Shown one piece after another: positions 1 through 8,296 of a stretch of DNA of 49,241 nucleotides. The translations under genes were made by a program, and so were the position numbers. Below the pieces are notes generated by a model. That model saw only the letters and a program-made list of their open reading frames with translations, was not told the origin of the DNA and searched no databases. The DNA is from Myxococcota bacterium (lineage in GTDB: Bacteria > Myxococcota_A > UBA796 > GCA-2862545): NCBI GenBank assembly GCA_039208735.1, contig JBCCQY010000055.1, forward strand, positions 1 to 49,241, given 5' to 3'. Position 1 is the stretch's first letter. Every line of letters begins with the position of its first letter.

Positions 1-1
1 C

Positions 2-370
2 ATTGCAGGAGTCTCGAAGGTCTCGGCCCCTAAATTTACACGGGAAGTCGTCGAGTTCCGAGGGGGGGGCGAAGAAGTCACCCGCAAATACCCGGGACAG
101 ACCAAATACGAAGGGGTCACCCTCGAGCGAGGCCTCGCCGATGAGTCGGCATTTCGGACTTGGGCGGCCAAGCAGCCAGGTGAGCCAGGGTTCTTCAAGG
201 ACAGTGTCATCATCGAGGTGCTCGACGAGCGATTCCAGCTTGCGGTGACCTACAATCTAAAGTCCTGCTGGGTCTCAGAGTACCAGCCCATCCCCGAATT
301 CGACTCCTCCGCGAGTGCGGTGGCCATCGAAATGGTGAAGATTGAATGCGAGAGCTTCGAGCTGGCGTAA
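2..370 (+). CDS. Contractile tail tube protein (T4 gp19-like; Afp1/Afp5 family), 5'-truncated by the window edge
   Basis: Not in the ORF track. Frame 2 is open from base 2 to TAA at 368-370 and reads IAGVSKVS...EVVEFRGGG...RKYPGQTKYEGVTLERGL...FRTW...YNLKSCWVSEYQPIPEFDSSASAVAIEMVKIECESFEL. The PG-TKY-vTLERG and W-S-Y...D...VAIE motifs are typical of gp19-type tubes. Confidence 0.92.
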   Translation: MAGVSKVSAPKFTREVVEFRGGGEEVTRKYPGQTKYEGVTLERGLADESAFRTWAAKQPGEPGFFKDSVIIEVLDERFQLAVTYNLKSCWVSEYQPIPEFDSSASAVAIEMVKIECESFELA

Positions 371-378
371 CGGCCGCA

Positions 379-1086
379 GTGCCCAGTCCGGGTCTTGGTT
401 TTCGGCCTATCCGCACATGGCCATCGGGCGAACTCCTCGCGTTTTGGGATGAGGTCGCGTCACTGGGTGGTTTGCAACGTGGAGAACGGCTGGTCGCCAA
501 GGCGGGAGGGCCTACCGGGGACGCTTCGGTGGGTGAACGAAATCGTTGGCTGGTGGCATTGCTTGCTGATGCGAACGGTCCCACGGTGGAGGCGGTGGTG
601 AATTGTCCGTCCTGTCAGACGTTGCTCGACATTGAAATCGACCTTCCGCTGCACAAGGTAGGCCAAACCCCACCGTCGTCCGGCCAGGTGTCGCAGGAGC
701 CTTTCCGACTGCCCCAGATGACGGACCTCCATGCGTTGGTGGGCCTTGCGGATGCGGCAGCCGCTCGGCGCCACCTCGCCGGGCGTTGCCTGGGATTGGA
801 TGAGGCGTCGTTGGCTCCTGAACTCGTGGATGCCCTCGAAGCGGCTGTGATCGACCTTGATCCCATGGTCTCTCCCCAGACGGAGGTGCAGTGCGGCGTC
901 TGCAATCACGCCTGGCGTGCCCCGCTCGATCTTGTGCGGTTTGTGTGGGAGCAGGTCGACCACGCGGCTCGAAGCCTCCTTGTCGACGTCCACGACTTGG
1001 CCCTCGCCTACGGATGGGGACTTGAGCAATCCGTTGCCATCGGGCCTCGTGCCCGGCGCACGCTCCTTGAACTGGCCGCCCGATGA
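379..1086 (+). CDS. Conserved eCIS protein with two CxxC motifs; putative tail assembly chaperone / baseplate-associated protein
   Basis: CPSC and CGVC motifs; C-terminal LLVDVHDLALAYGWG...RARRTLLE. Lies directly after the tube gene and its stop overlaps the next ATG (ATGA 1083-1086). The start is uncertain: GTG 379 chosen because it follows the tube stop, while the track uses 346. Confidence 0.7.
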   Translation: MPSPGLGFRPIRTWPSGELLAFWDEVASLGGLQRGERLVAKAGGPTGDASVGERNRWLVALLADANGPTVEAVVNCPSCQTLLDIEIDLPLHKVGQTPPSSGQVSQEPFRLPQMTDLHALVGLADAAAARRHLAGRCLGLDEASLAPELVDALEAAVIDLDPMVSPQTEVQCGVCNHAWRAPLDLVRFVWEQVDHAARSLLVDVHDLALAYGWGLEQSVAIGPRARRTLLELAAR

Positions 1087-1784
1087 GCGCGGCGGCCATG
1101 ACCTCTGGATTTGGTGCGCTCGCCCTAGAAGTCCACGGCGCGCTGCCGGGGCCACGACCTCGCGCCCGGACGGCCTTCGAACCGATCCTCGGCCAATCGG
1201 CGGTTGACGAAGAAGAACCACTGGGCTTCTTCGTCCCTCGAGCGGTGCCTCCGCCAGAGCGCCCATCCCCTGTCGAACCGGCCTCCCAGGACGCCATCGC
1301 GATCGAACCGCAAGCCGAGGTGCCGTGGGACCGCCCGCCCCCGACGCCGGCCCCGGACGCGTCACCGCGGGTGCAGAGGCCTGCCCGGGCCAAGGTCAAA
1401 CCAGCCGTCACCGCGGAGGAGCCTCGCGTCGAGACGATGGGCACACCCCAGGCTTCGGCTCCGCGACCGCCCGAAGCGTCGGTATACCGTCTAGCGGCGG
1501 TCGCCATTCCTCGACCCGTCCCCCGCCAGGTTGCCGAGCCCCAGCGGCCCTCGATGCCAGACGGCCAAGCCCGAACCCTCGCTTCCGAAGTGCCTCTGCT
1601 TCATCGACAGGTGGCGCTACCCGCCGGGGATGGGTTTCGCGACCTTCACATCACGATCGACAAGCTCGTCGTGCAGACCGCGCCCAAGCGATTGGCTCCG
1701 TTGCCAAGGCCCCCTCGGCCCCCGCTTGGCCCTGCGGAATCGCTGCAGGACTACCTCGAACGCCGCGACGGGAAAGACCGATGA
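1083..1784 (+). CDS. Pro/Ala-rich, probably disordered eCIS protein with conserved C-terminal motif
   Basis: Low-complexity Pro-rich body ending in LHITIDKLVVQ...SLQDYLERR, a C-terminal pattern I recognise from eCIS loci. ATGA overlaps at both ends. Confidence 0.6.
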   Translation: MSAAAMTSGFGALALEVHGALPGPRPRARTAFEPILGQSAVDEEEPLGFFVPRAVPPPERPSPVEPASQDAIAIEPQAEVPWDRPPPTPAPDASPRVQRPARAKVKPAVTAEEPRVETMGTPQASAPRPPEASVYRLAAVAIPRPVPRQVAEPQRPSMPDGQARTLASEVPLLHRQVALPAGDGFRDLHITIDKLVVQTAPKRLAPLPRPPRPPLGPAESLQDYLERRDGKDR

Positions 1785-3031
1785 GCACACAACAGAGCAT
1801 CGCTGCGGTGACCTATCTCGTCGGTCGGCGACTCAAAGCCGAAATCGAGTCGATTCCTTCGTTATCGGCGGTGGTGGAGGTGGGTCCTCCCGTCGATCCA
1901 GCGACCGTGGCGGCCAATACCACCCGGTTGTTTTTGCATCGGGTGTCCCCCAACCCCACCCTGCGTTCATCGGTGGGCCCGCAGGATGTCGATGGGGTGA
2001 TTCTCGCCAACGCCCCTATCCTGGCCCTCGACCTTCATTACCTGATGTCGTTTTACGGGGTGGAGATCACAAACCCGGACCAGTCGACCGACGCGGCTGA
2101 CCTCGCGGCTCAGCGCATGCTTGGCCAGGTGATGTCGATGTTCCACCGTGAACCTACCTTTTCGGTCCCCGAATTGACGGCCTTGGCCAGCCTTGCTCCG
2201 GATTGGGTGCAGAACGCGCGCGTCGGCGAACAGCTCAAACTTCTGCACTTCGAACTCGAGGCCCTCGACCCCGAAACGTGGTCGAAACTGTGGTCTACGC
2301 TCCTACAGACCAAGTACGTGTTGTCGGTTAGCTACGTGGCCTCGGTTTTGCTCGTCGAGACCGCGACCGAACCCGCTCCGGCGGTGGCCCCCGCCGTACA
2401 ACGGCCGGCTTCGATTCACCTTCTGCAACGGTCCTTTCCGCGACTGAACGACGTTGAGCCTCGGGAGGTTGAAGCGGGGGGCACCGTCACCCTGAAAGGA
2501 AGTGGGCTCGCGGGTGAACGCACCTTTGTGACCCTCGCAGGGGTGGATGTCACCCCAGACACGGTGGCTTCCGATGAGGTGACGGTCATTGTGCCCCTGT
2601 CGGCCCGAGCCGGTTCGATTCACGCCGCAGTGCGCCAAGAAGCCCAAATGGGCACGCTCAACGACCCTTTAGATCCTTTGCAATGGGCCCAGGTGGGGCG
2701 CTCCAATGGCCTCCCTCTCGTGGTGCGTCCTCGCGTCATGTCCGCGGCGATTCAGGGCACCCCCGCGATGCTCCAGGTCGACATTGCCCCTGCGGTAGCA
2801 CCCTTCCAATCGCTGATTCTTCACCTTGCCGCTCCTGACGGAAATCCGAGCCGTGCGCTCCGGCACCGCATCGCATTGCGAGACGAAGTGGCTCCCGTGT
2901 CGATCGTGCAGGTGCCCGTCGACGATCTGCCGGAGTCGCCTCTGGGTCAGGCGGCTACGCCCCGTCGGCTCGCGGTGGAGGTCGATGGCGTCCGCTCCCT
3001 GCTCACGACCACCGCGGTGATCACCCGATGA
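1781..3031 (+). CDS. DUF4255 / Pvc16-Afp16-like cap (tail terminator) protein with C-terminal IPT/TIG-like domains
   Basis: ATG at 1781 overlaps the previous stop. SIAAVT..., LFLHRVSPNPTLR, LALDLHYLMSFYG, WSKLWS...YVLSVSYVASVLLVE match DUF4255. Then PREVEAGGTVTLKGSGL...VTVIVP...SNGLPLVVRP is IPT/TIG-like. Confidence 0.85.
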   Translation: MSTQQSIAAVTYLVGRRLKAEIESIPSLSAVVEVGPPVDPATVAANTTRLFLHRVSPNPTLRSSVGPQDVDGVILANAPILALDLHYLMSFYGVEITNPDQSTDAADLAAQRMLGQVMSMFHREPTFSVPELTALASLAPDWVQNARVGEQLKLLHFELEALDPETWSKLWSTLLQTKYVLSVSYVASVLLVETATEPAPAVAPAVQRPASIHLLQRSFPRLNDVEPREVEAGGTVTLKGSGLAGERTFVTLAGVDVTPDTVASDEVTVIVPLSARAGSIHAAVRQEAQMGTLNDPLDPLQWAQVGRSNGLPLVVRPRVMSAAIQGTPAMLQVDIAPAVAPFQSLILHLAAPDGNPSRALRHRIALRDEVAPVSIVQVPVDDLPESPLGQAATPRRLAVEVDGVRSLLTTTAVITR

Positions 3032-4872
3032 CGACCGACGACCCAGAGGACATGGAGGCCGCTCGCCTGGCGCTCCTTGCCCGACTCGCCCCGCTTCGCG
3101 AGCGATTGCACCCTGAATCGAGCGAACCGTGGGGAGGGCTCGAAGGTTCGGACGATCGTTTTGCAAGGCTCGTCCGGCATCTTCAGCTTACCGACTTCGA
3201 AGCTTCCTGGCTGTTGCTCTGTATCGGAGTTCGCGTCGCGCCCGAGATTGCTGCGGATGTCATTGCCCGCACCGGCCAGGCCACGCCGACCTTTGCCCTT
3301 GCGAGCCAACTCTTCGCGCAGCCCCACCTCTCGGCCTTGCATCCCCATCGCCCATTGATTGACACCGCGATTGTCAACGTCGGCGCAGAGGCGCCGCTCG
3401 GGGAATGTGCCTTCGGCGTGAACGACCGTGTGCTTCATCACCTCCTCGGCATGGACCGCATCGATCCTTCCCTCGAGCCTGTTCTTGAGCTGGTCGAGCC
3501 TCCTCCATGGCGGTTCCCGTCCTGGATCGATGCGGCCCACACCGTTGCAAAGGACTTGATCGACACCTGGGACACCGCCGAGGTCGACCGGGTCATCATC
3601 GAAGGGCCGCCCGCCCGGGCCCGCTCGTTCGCCGTCCTCGTGGCACGCGCCCTCCGGCTCGACCTGTACCGAATGGCGCCCGACGTCGCTTCGTGGCCAG
3701 CCAGTGATCGCGCTCACTTTCGACGGCTCTGGCGCCGAGAACTCCTACTGGATGCGGCTGCATTATGGGTGGAAGGCCCCATTGCCGACCTCTCACGCCT
3801 TCCCGGACTCGTCTTTCTCTCAACCGAGGCCCAAGGGTCGACCACCCTCCCTCGGATGCTCCGTGTGCGGGTTCCCGAGCCTGCCTTCTCCGAGGTGCTC
3901 GACGGTTGGGTGGCCGAACTTGCGCTGGACGAAACCCAGCGGGGCGCAGTCGCTGAAGTCCTGTTCGACATTCGATTGTCACCCGATCAATGGCACGCCG
4001 CGATGGTGCAATCGTGGGGGATGCGGAGACGGGAGCCCCAGGTCGGGGTCGAGACGTTGGTGCTTCGGGCGTGTATCGATCAGCAAACGGCCGTCCTGGC
4101 CACGCAAGCCGAACGCCTCGAAGCACGCGCGCAGTGGGCGGACCTTGTGTTGCCCCAGGGCTGTGTGACCCAACTGCGAGCCATTGTCCATCAAGCCCGC
4201 CACCGGTACCGGGTACTACAAACCTGGGGTTTCGACCGTACCTCGAGTCGGGGCCTCGCCATTACGGCCTTGTTCCATGGACCGAGCGGGACCGGCAAGA
4301 CGATGGCGGCCGAAGTGATCGCCAACGCACTCGAAAGGCCTTTGTTCCGAATCGATTTGAGTCGAGTCGTGAGCAAATACATCGGGGAGACGGAAAAGAA
4401 CCTTCGGGCCATCTTCGACGCGGCCAACGGAACGGGCGTGATCTTGCTGTTCGATGAGGCGGATGCGCTGTTCGGTAAGCGGAGCGAGGTCAAGGATAGC
4501 CACGACCGCTACGCCAACCAGGAGGTGAGTTTCCTTCTTCAGGAAATGGAGCGCTATCGAGGTCTTGCGCTGCTCACGACGAATCGCAAAGACGACCTCG
4601 ATGACGCGTTTCGACGGCGGCTTCGATTCATTTTGGGCTTTCCAAGCCCCGGCGTCGAGGCTCGTCGGCGCATGTGGAGCCAGGTCTTTCCGCCCGACGT
4701 TCCACTTGAAGATCTCGATGTCCCTGCGTTGGCGACCCATGCCTTGACGGGGGGAGACATTCGAAACGCAGCCCTCGCCGCAGCCTATGCGGCGGCCGAC
4801 GGCGGCTCGGTGCGTCCGGAACACATCGAGCGGGCCGTACGGGCCGAGCTTGTGAAGTCCGGCCGTGGCTGA
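3028..4872 (+). CDS. AAA+ ATPase (Afp15/Pvc15-like)
   Basis: Walker A GPSGTGKT, Walker B ILLFDEAD, VVSKYIGETEKNL, KRSEVKDSHDRYANQEVSFLLQ, DDAFRRR. Confidence 0.95.
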   Translation: MTTDDPEDMEAARLALLARLAPLRERLHPESSEPWGGLEGSDDRFARLVRHLQLTDFEASWLLLCIGVRVAPEIAADVIARTGQATPTFALASQLFAQPHLSALHPHRPLIDTAIVNVGAEAPLGECAFGVNDRVLHHLLGMDRIDPSLEPVLELVEPPPWRFPSWIDAAHTVAKDLIDTWDTAEVDRVIIEGPPARARSFAVLVARALRLDLYRMAPDVASWPASDRAHFRRLWRRELLLDAAALWVEGPIADLSRLPGLVFLSTEAQGSTTLPRMLRVRVPEPAFSEVLDGWVAELALDETQRGAVAEVLFDIRLSPDQWHAAMVQSWGMRRREPQVGVETLVLRACIDQQTAVLATQAERLEARAQWADLVLPQGCVTQLRAIVHQARHRYRVLQTWGFDRTSSRGLAITALFHGPSGTGKTMAAEVIANALERPLFRIDLSRVVSKYIGETEKNLRAIFDAANGTGVILLFDEADALFGKRSEVKDSHDRYANQEVSFLLQEMERYRGLALLTTNRKDDLDDAFRRRLRFILGFPSPGVEARRRMWSQVFPPDVPLEDLDVPALATHALTGGDIRNAALAAAYAAADGGSVRPEHIERAVRAELVKSGRG

Positions 4873-4929
4873 TTCGAATCCCCAGACCTTGAACCCGAGC
4901 ACGCGTGCTCCATTCCCCGCGAAGTCCCT

Positions 4930-5595
4930 ATGCCAAACCGACGTGCCGCGCTGGTGATTCACCGTCTGAAACCTGCTCCGGGTCGTTCCGAGGTCTGGCC
5001 GGGAGACGGCTTTCCCAAGGCCATCCCCTTTCAATACAATCCAGAGTCGATCGAACAAACCGTGCAGACCGGCCCCGCGGCGGATGACGGCGGAGAGTCG
5101 CTGCGATTGGCGGGTCCTCCAAAAACCACCATCACGCTGACCGCCGAGTTGTTGGCCTGGCACCCGTCCCTCGATTCGTCAGCGGAAAAAGCCGCAGCCA
5201 AGCACGGAGTGGGGCATCAGATCGCCGCGCTCGAGTCCCTGTTGTTTCCAACCTACGCGGAGATGGACCGGGAGCGTTCACTCGCCGAACGTGGACTTGT
5301 CGAGGTGGTACCCGGTGAACATCTGCTGGCATTGCTGGTCTGGGCGGAAGACCGGATTGTGCCCGTAAAGGTCACTTCCCTTTCGGTCACCGAAGACCGA
5401 TTCGACGATCAGCTACGACCGGTCCACGCGACCGCCCAACTTTCGCTGCAGGTCCTCACGGTCGCGGACTTGGGCTTCGATCATCCCGGAGGCCGGGTGG
5501 CGTCACGCTACCACCGCCGGCTCGAGCGGGTGGCGCGGGACGGCACGCTGGGACCGTTGGCCACTCGCGCGTTCGCCCCTGACACGCTCACCTAG
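4930..5595 (+). CDS. CIS tube-initiator-like protein (Afp7 N-terminal-like)
   Basis: IPFQYNPESI...LRLAGPPKTTITL...QIAALESLLFP...LLVWAEDRIVPVKVTSLSVTEDRFDDQLRPVHATAQLSLQVL; position within the eCIS operon. Confidence 0.8.
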   Translation: MPNRRAALVIHRLKPAPGRSEVWPGDGFPKAIPFQYNPESIEQTVQTGPAADDGGESLRLAGPPKTTITLTAELLAWHPSLDSSAEKAAAKHGVGHQIAALESLLFPTYAEMDRERSLAERGLVEVVPGEHLLALLVWAEDRIVPVKVTSLSVTEDRFDDQLRPVHATAQLSLQVLTVADLGFDHPGGRVASRYHRRLERVARDGTLGPLATRAFAPDTLT

Positions 5596-5603
5596 GAGGG
5601 ACC

Positions 5604-5927
5604 GTGCGTTCTCCGTTTCCGCTTCCAATGGCCCCCGAGACGCCTTCCATGCCGGCCACCAGTCGCTACCACAGCGTGGGGGTGGTCGAACGGGAGGACG
5701 GGTCGGGTCGAACGATTCGGGTGCTGCGTAGACGCTTCATCCAAGAGGTCGCACCCGAGGTCTCGCGCGTCACGGTTCCTCCAGGCGTGCGGGCGGACCA
5801 GCTCGCCGACGCGCTTGTCGGCGCACCCGATCAATGGTGGCGCCTTGCGGACGCCAATTCCGTTCGGACGGCCGACGAATTGGAACAAGCCGGTCGTTCG
5901 CTGCGCTTGCCCTCGGGCGACTCATGA
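5604..5927 (+). CDS. LysM-like baseplate protein (gp53/Afp7 C-terminal-like)
   Basis: SRY...LRRRF...VRADQLADALVGAPDQWWRLADAN...GRSLRLP. AGGAGG RBS upstream of GTG 5604. Confidence 0.85.
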   Translation: MRSPFPLPMAPETPSMPATSRYHSVGVVEREDGSGRTIRVLRRRFIQEVAPEVSRVTVPPGVRADQLADALVGAPDQWWRLADANSVRTADELEQAGRSLRLPSGDS

Positions 5928-7066
5928 TCTGGGGCGGGATCGAGCTACGGGTGGAGGTGGGGCCTGGCGTGCCTCGGCAACTGCCTCCTGAACTCGTTGA
6001 GGCCCTCGTCTCAGTCCAGGTCTCGGGGACGACGGGCAAACGTGGTGGCTTCCAAGTCACCTTCCGCCTCGACAAAGGCGGGACGCTCGAAACCCTTTGG
6101 CTACCTGGCTTTGAACTCGAACCGTTCCTCACTCGGGTGCTCATCGAGGTGCGAGTCCAAGGCACCTGGCATCGACTCATGGATGGCGTGCTCGTCAAAC
6201 ATGACCTTTCGCCAAGCAACGAACCTGGTCGGTCGACCCTCACTCTCACGGGTGAAGACCTGACAGCCCTGATGGACCTCATCGACCTTACTGGCGTGCC
6301 GTACCCCTACGTACCCACCTACGGTCGGGTGCTCGCCATTCTCGGAAAGTATGCGACCTATGGTGTTATTCCGGGCGTTGCTCCCGACCCCAGGATGTTC
6401 GTCGACTTCGCCTGTACGAACATCCAGAAAGGCACCGACTACGCCTACATCCTAAAGATGGCCGAAGACCTTGGGTACGTCTTCCACATGGATTTCGACC
6501 GGTTCGGGAATCACTCGGTGGCCTACCTCGGGCCGGAGCTTTGGTTCACGATGCCGAGTTTGCCTGCGCTCACCGTCAACATGGGGGTGCATTCGAATGT
6601 CGACGAACTAACCTTCAGCTTCGACGGACGAAAGAAATCCACCCATGTGGTTTGGATGCAGGAATCGACCTCTAAGGTGGTGTTCCCAATCCCCATTCCC
6701 ACCCTCGAAGGGGTGTTTGGTCCTGTGTTTGGAACCAAGCCGCAAGCGATGCGCCGCATCGTGCAGAGCCAAGGCACCATCGATCCGACGCGACCCGCGG
6801 AACTCGCCAAGAAGATCGGTGGTTTACTGCTGAAGAGTCAGGATGCGGTCACGGGCTCGGGATCCCTCGACGTGATGCGGTACGGACACGTGCTTCGCGA
6901 ACGTTCTCGGGTGGGGGTTCGGGGCGCAAGTCAAACCTACGACGGCACCTACGTCGTGAGTAGCGTTCAGCACAAGCTCAAACCAGGTGAATCGTATCGG
7001 CAGAGCTTTACGCTCACACGGTCCGGGCGCAGCACAGGTTCGCCGAACGAGGAGGTGATGATATGA
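5924..7066 (+). CDS. Baseplate hub protein (gp27/GpD-like; N-terminal part of VgrG/Afp8)
   Basis: ATG 5924 overlaps the LysM stop. LTLTGEDLTALMD, QKGTDYAYILKMAEDLGYVF, VTGSGSLDVMRYGHVLR...VGVRGA...YDGTYVVSSVQH...YRQSFTLTR. Confidence 0.85.
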   Translation: MIWGGIELRVEVGPGVPRQLPPELVEALVSVQVSGTTGKRGGFQVTFRLDKGGTLETLWLPGFELEPFLTRVLIEVRVQGTWHRLMDGVLVKHDLSPSNEPGRSTLTLTGEDLTALMDLIDLTGVPYPYVPTYGRVLAILGKYATYGVIPGVAPDPRMFVDFACTNIQKGTDYAYILKMAEDLGYVFHMDFDRFGNHSVAYLGPELWFTMPSLPALTVNMGVHSNVDELTFSFDGRKKSTHVVWMQESTSKVVFPIPIPTLEGVFGPVFGTKPQAMRRIVQSQGTIDPTRPAELAKKIGGLLLKSQDAVTGSGSLDVMRYGHVLRERSRVGVRGASQTYDGTYVVSSVQHKLKPGESYRQSFTLTRSGRSTGSPNEEVMI

Positions 7067-7605
7067 TAGAACCGAAAGATTCGGCGCCCGAAAAGTACTA
7101 TGGCAAGTACAGGGGATTCGTCGTCAACAACGTCGATATCGAACGACGAGGGCGAGTTACCGTCATGGTGCCCAACCTTGGCACCGGGCTGCTACTTTGT
7201 GCGGAGCCCTGTTTTCCGGCGACGGGACTTCCTGGATTTGCGTCCGGCATGTTCGCCGTGCCCGCGATTGGCGCAGGGGTATTCGTCGAATTCATCGGGG
7301 GAGAGATCGATCAGCCCATCTGGTCGGGCGGATTTCCGGGAACCACCGCGTCGATGCCCGTCGACAATACCGCGGCCGCTCCGGGTCTCGAACCGCTGAC
7401 CATCCAAAGCGGTGCCATGAAGGTCACGGTTGCCAACCACCAGATTGAGATTGGGACGGCGGGTGGACCGGGCAGTGCGCTCCTTAATGGAATTAGCATC
7501 ACGCCGGGCTCGATTACCTTCATGGTGGGCGGGGCGTCCTTTGTGCTGACGCCAGCCGGCATTGACCTCAACAAGGCAACCATCACGCTCGTCGGAGCAG
7601 GCTGA
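7063..7605 (+). CDS. Baseplate assembly protein V / gp5 OB-fold spike
   Basis: KYYGKYRGFVVNNVD...RGRVTVMVP...AEPCFP...GMFAVPAIGAGVFVEFIGGEIDQPIWSGGF, followed by a short beta-strand-rich tail. Confidence 0.9.
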   Translation: MIEPKDSAPEKYYGKYRGFVVNNVDIERRGRVTVMVPNLGTGLLLCAEPCFPATGLPGFASGMFAVPAIGAGVFVEFIGGEIDQPIWSGGFPGTTASMPVDNTAAAPGLEPLTIQSGAMKVTVANHQIEIGTAGGPGSALLNGISITPGSITFMVGGASFVLTPAGIDLNKATITLVGAG

Positions 7606-7937
7606 TGCCGGGCCCGCCGATTCCGTTGTCGAGTCAGGTGTTGTGCCCTCATGGGGCACCGGCTGCTCCGGTGCCGGCTCCGTCCCCGACGGCCTTGGTC
7701 TACGGCACGCCAATCCTGACGGTTGCGAGCCAACATCTGGTGTCGACATGCCCCCTTAGCGCAGTGGGCGCGCCCCCTTGCGCGACCGTGTTGCATCAAA
7801 CGTCGGTCCGCGTGTTGGTACGAGGCATTCCCGCGGTTCTCGCGCCACCCGGGGGCAGCACCTCCCTTCAGCCGACCGCTGCCCCCAACGGACCCAGTGT
7901 CGTGGTCGGCGCTCCCTTCACGATTGTCATGAGCTGA
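7605..7937 (+). CDS. PAAR-like spike tip protein (Afp10 / DUF4280-like)
   Basis: 110 aa with VLCPHG, TCPL and PPCAT Cys/His motifs; follows the spike with a TGATG overlap. Confidence 0.8.
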   Translation: MPGPPIPLSSQVLCPHGAPAAPVPAPSPTALVYGTPILTVASQHLVSTCPLSAVGAPPCATVLHQTSVRVLVRGIPAVLAPPGGSTSLQPTAAPNGPSVVVGAPFTIVMS

Positions 7938-7939
7938 CC

Positions 7940-8296
7940 ATGCGCCTAGCTTTTCCCTTCCACATCGATGACTCTGGACGAAGCGCAGAAGTCGACGAAG
8001 CGACCTATGTTCGGTCGCTCATCGAACTGCTCATCCTCACCGACCCTGGGGAGCGGGTGATGCGGCCCGACCTCGGCGGGCGAACCCAAGCCATGGTGTT
8101 TGCCCCCGTCACCGACGAGCTCATGGGAACCACCCAGGCGTTGTTGCAGGGAAACCTTGAACGTTGGTTGTCGTCACTCGCGGAGATCGGCGACGTCGAG
8201 GTGCGACGAGAAGAGAGTGTCGTCACGGTGCGCGTCGCCTATCGCATCCGTTCCACGGGCCAGACCGACGAAGTCCTCGTGACCGGGGGAACCTAG
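7940..8296 (+). CDS. GPW/gp25 family sheath-initiator baseplate protein (Afp9-like)
   Basis: ATG 7940. LAFPFHID..G...YVRSLIELLILTDPGERVMRPDLG...VFAP is a classic gp25 signature. Confidence 0.93.
   Translation: MRLAFPFHIDDSGRSAEVDEATYVRSLIELLILTDPGERVMRPDLGGRTQAMVFAPVTDELMGTTQALLQGNLERWLSSLAEIGDVEVRREESVVTVRVAYRIRSTGQTDEVLVTGGT

Noticed and set aside
62..69. G8 homopolymer in the tube gene as a phase-variation or frameshift site
   Set aside because: The reading frame is intact across it and it encodes a Gly-rich turn expected in gp19-like proteins; no evidence of slippage without reads.
3..248. 81-aa ORF from the track
   Set aside because: Out-of-frame shadow of the real tube gene in frame 2.
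4873..4883. TTCGAATCCCC matches the tRNA-Ser T-arm (49203-49213), suggesting an att site bounding an island
   Set aside because: Only 11 bp, does not extend into the acceptor stem, lies inside the eCIS operon, and no integrase is present; probably chance.
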